The notes under the pieces were generated by a model. The model did no database searches, was not told the origin of the DNA, and was given only the letters and a program-made list of their open reading frames with translations. From Felis catus (Eukaryota), in contig NC_058368.1 in the NCBI RefSeq assembly GCF_018350175.1, positions 46,130,001-46,194,000 on the forward strand: 64,000 nucleotides of DNA, in the 5' to 3' direction. Position 1 is the stretch's first letter; the number at the start of each line of letters is the position of its first letter. Below, in pieces: positions 62,861 to 64,000 of this stretch. The translations under genes were made by a program, and so were the position numbers.

Positions 62861-64000
62861 ATTTTATGGCCACTAATTTTAGCAAATAATTTTCAGAAAG
62901 GCACATGTTCTGACTTTTATTATTTGAGGCCAAGGCAGAGTTATAACTATATCCAAGACGCATCACTCTGTAGATTTGTATGAAAGTGAATTTACTCACT
63001 GCACCAGTAAAAGATGGTTGCAAGTAAGTTGCATTTACACTGTAAAAAAAATGTGAGTTTCGGTCTTAGTATACTTTTTATACGGATGAGGAAATGATAT
63101 TGATTGTGTAAAGAGAGGTGCTGTCTATTCGATTCACAAATTCTCTTTGTTAAATTGGTTTTCATCATTTTGGTCATTCTTTAAAACCCAAACTACATTT
63201 ACAAACTACGTTTCTCTTTTACTTCTTTTTGTTGTTGTTTCCCGGACAGTAAATGAGCCAAACTAAAGTTTCCAATGGCAACATTTGCTCCTTTATCACA
63301 GAACCAGGATCTTAGGGCTAGCAGTAAAAGCTTTATAAGCTGACTAATAGAGGGGAGAAGAGAAATCCAAAGGGTTAGAATGGGAGCATTCTGCCTTCAT
63401 TTCACACCATGACTCTAAAGGAAGAATGGAACCACAAGAATTCCCCGTTAAACTAGGGGTCAAACAGTTATGCCAATCACATTCATTGTGTTCCGCAAAG
63501 CTAGGTTTTGTCCGTGTTCACAAGTGTAGATTTCCCTTATGCTAATCAGCCCATAGGATCTAACTGGCCGATTTTCTTTTCCTGACAATTACATTGTGAT
63601 CAGTAGCATCTGTGTTACAGAGAACTGAAACCAATCCAGTACAAGCCAAATATCAGGAAACTTCTATTATTATATTTACTGAATTTAATCTTCTTCATGC
63701 TATTGATGACATTATTATTGTTGTTCTAGTTCATGTTATGGTTGTTTTGGAGAGCTCAACTATAAAACTACTGGAAGATGTTTCAGGTGGGAAGTAATAA
63801 CGTGATAATCAGGCTGTCACCAAGCTGGTTTATCCTGCCGTACACTGCAGTCTTGTATTGCCCTTCTAAGTGATATGCATCATTTAAAAAGTGTTCAGAA
63901 TTCAGTAGAACTAATTAGTTAGAACACACAGCCCAGAAATATGAGTAAACATTTTACGTAGTTGAGTAGGTAAGCAAGTCATGGTATTGCTAGGAAAATT

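Noticed and set aside
63612..63797. Hydrophobic ORF (IIIVVLVHVMVVL) as a membrane micropeptide
   Set aside because: It has a non-ATG start, and the T-rich att/gtt low-complexity sequence explains the hydrophobicity.
1..64000. Prokaryotic-type systems (operons, CRISPR arrays, defence islands)
   Set aside because: The sequence is mammalian. No ORF exceeds 149 aa and there is no repeat-spacer array.

Overview
This is mammalian genomic DNA, almost certainly felid (cat lineage), not prokaryotic. It carries about 15 tRNA-derived carnivore SINEs, two of them the young SINEC_Fc type, plus cat-type L1 3' ends. The window is AT-rich, has no CpG island, and is a mosaic of eutherian interspersed repeats: L1, L2, MIR, MaLR/ERVL LTRs, a deleted ERV-L provirus with RNase H/integrase/dUTPase relics, hAT and Tigger DNA transposons, ancient CR1 relics and microsatellites. 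I found no protein-coding gene, RNA gene, CRISPR array or operon that I can support. Most supplied ORFs are chance ORFs or transposon remnants. It reads as a gene desert or the interior of a very large intron. I see no convincing novel biological system. The best leads are two colinear ancient CR1 reverse-transcriptase relics, unverified exon-like segments (one loosely C-type-lectin-like), and several mechanistically informative or probably polymorphic insertions. Repeat family names come from my recall of consensus sequences. Boundaries of old elements are approximate and need RepeatMasker/Dfam confirmation.
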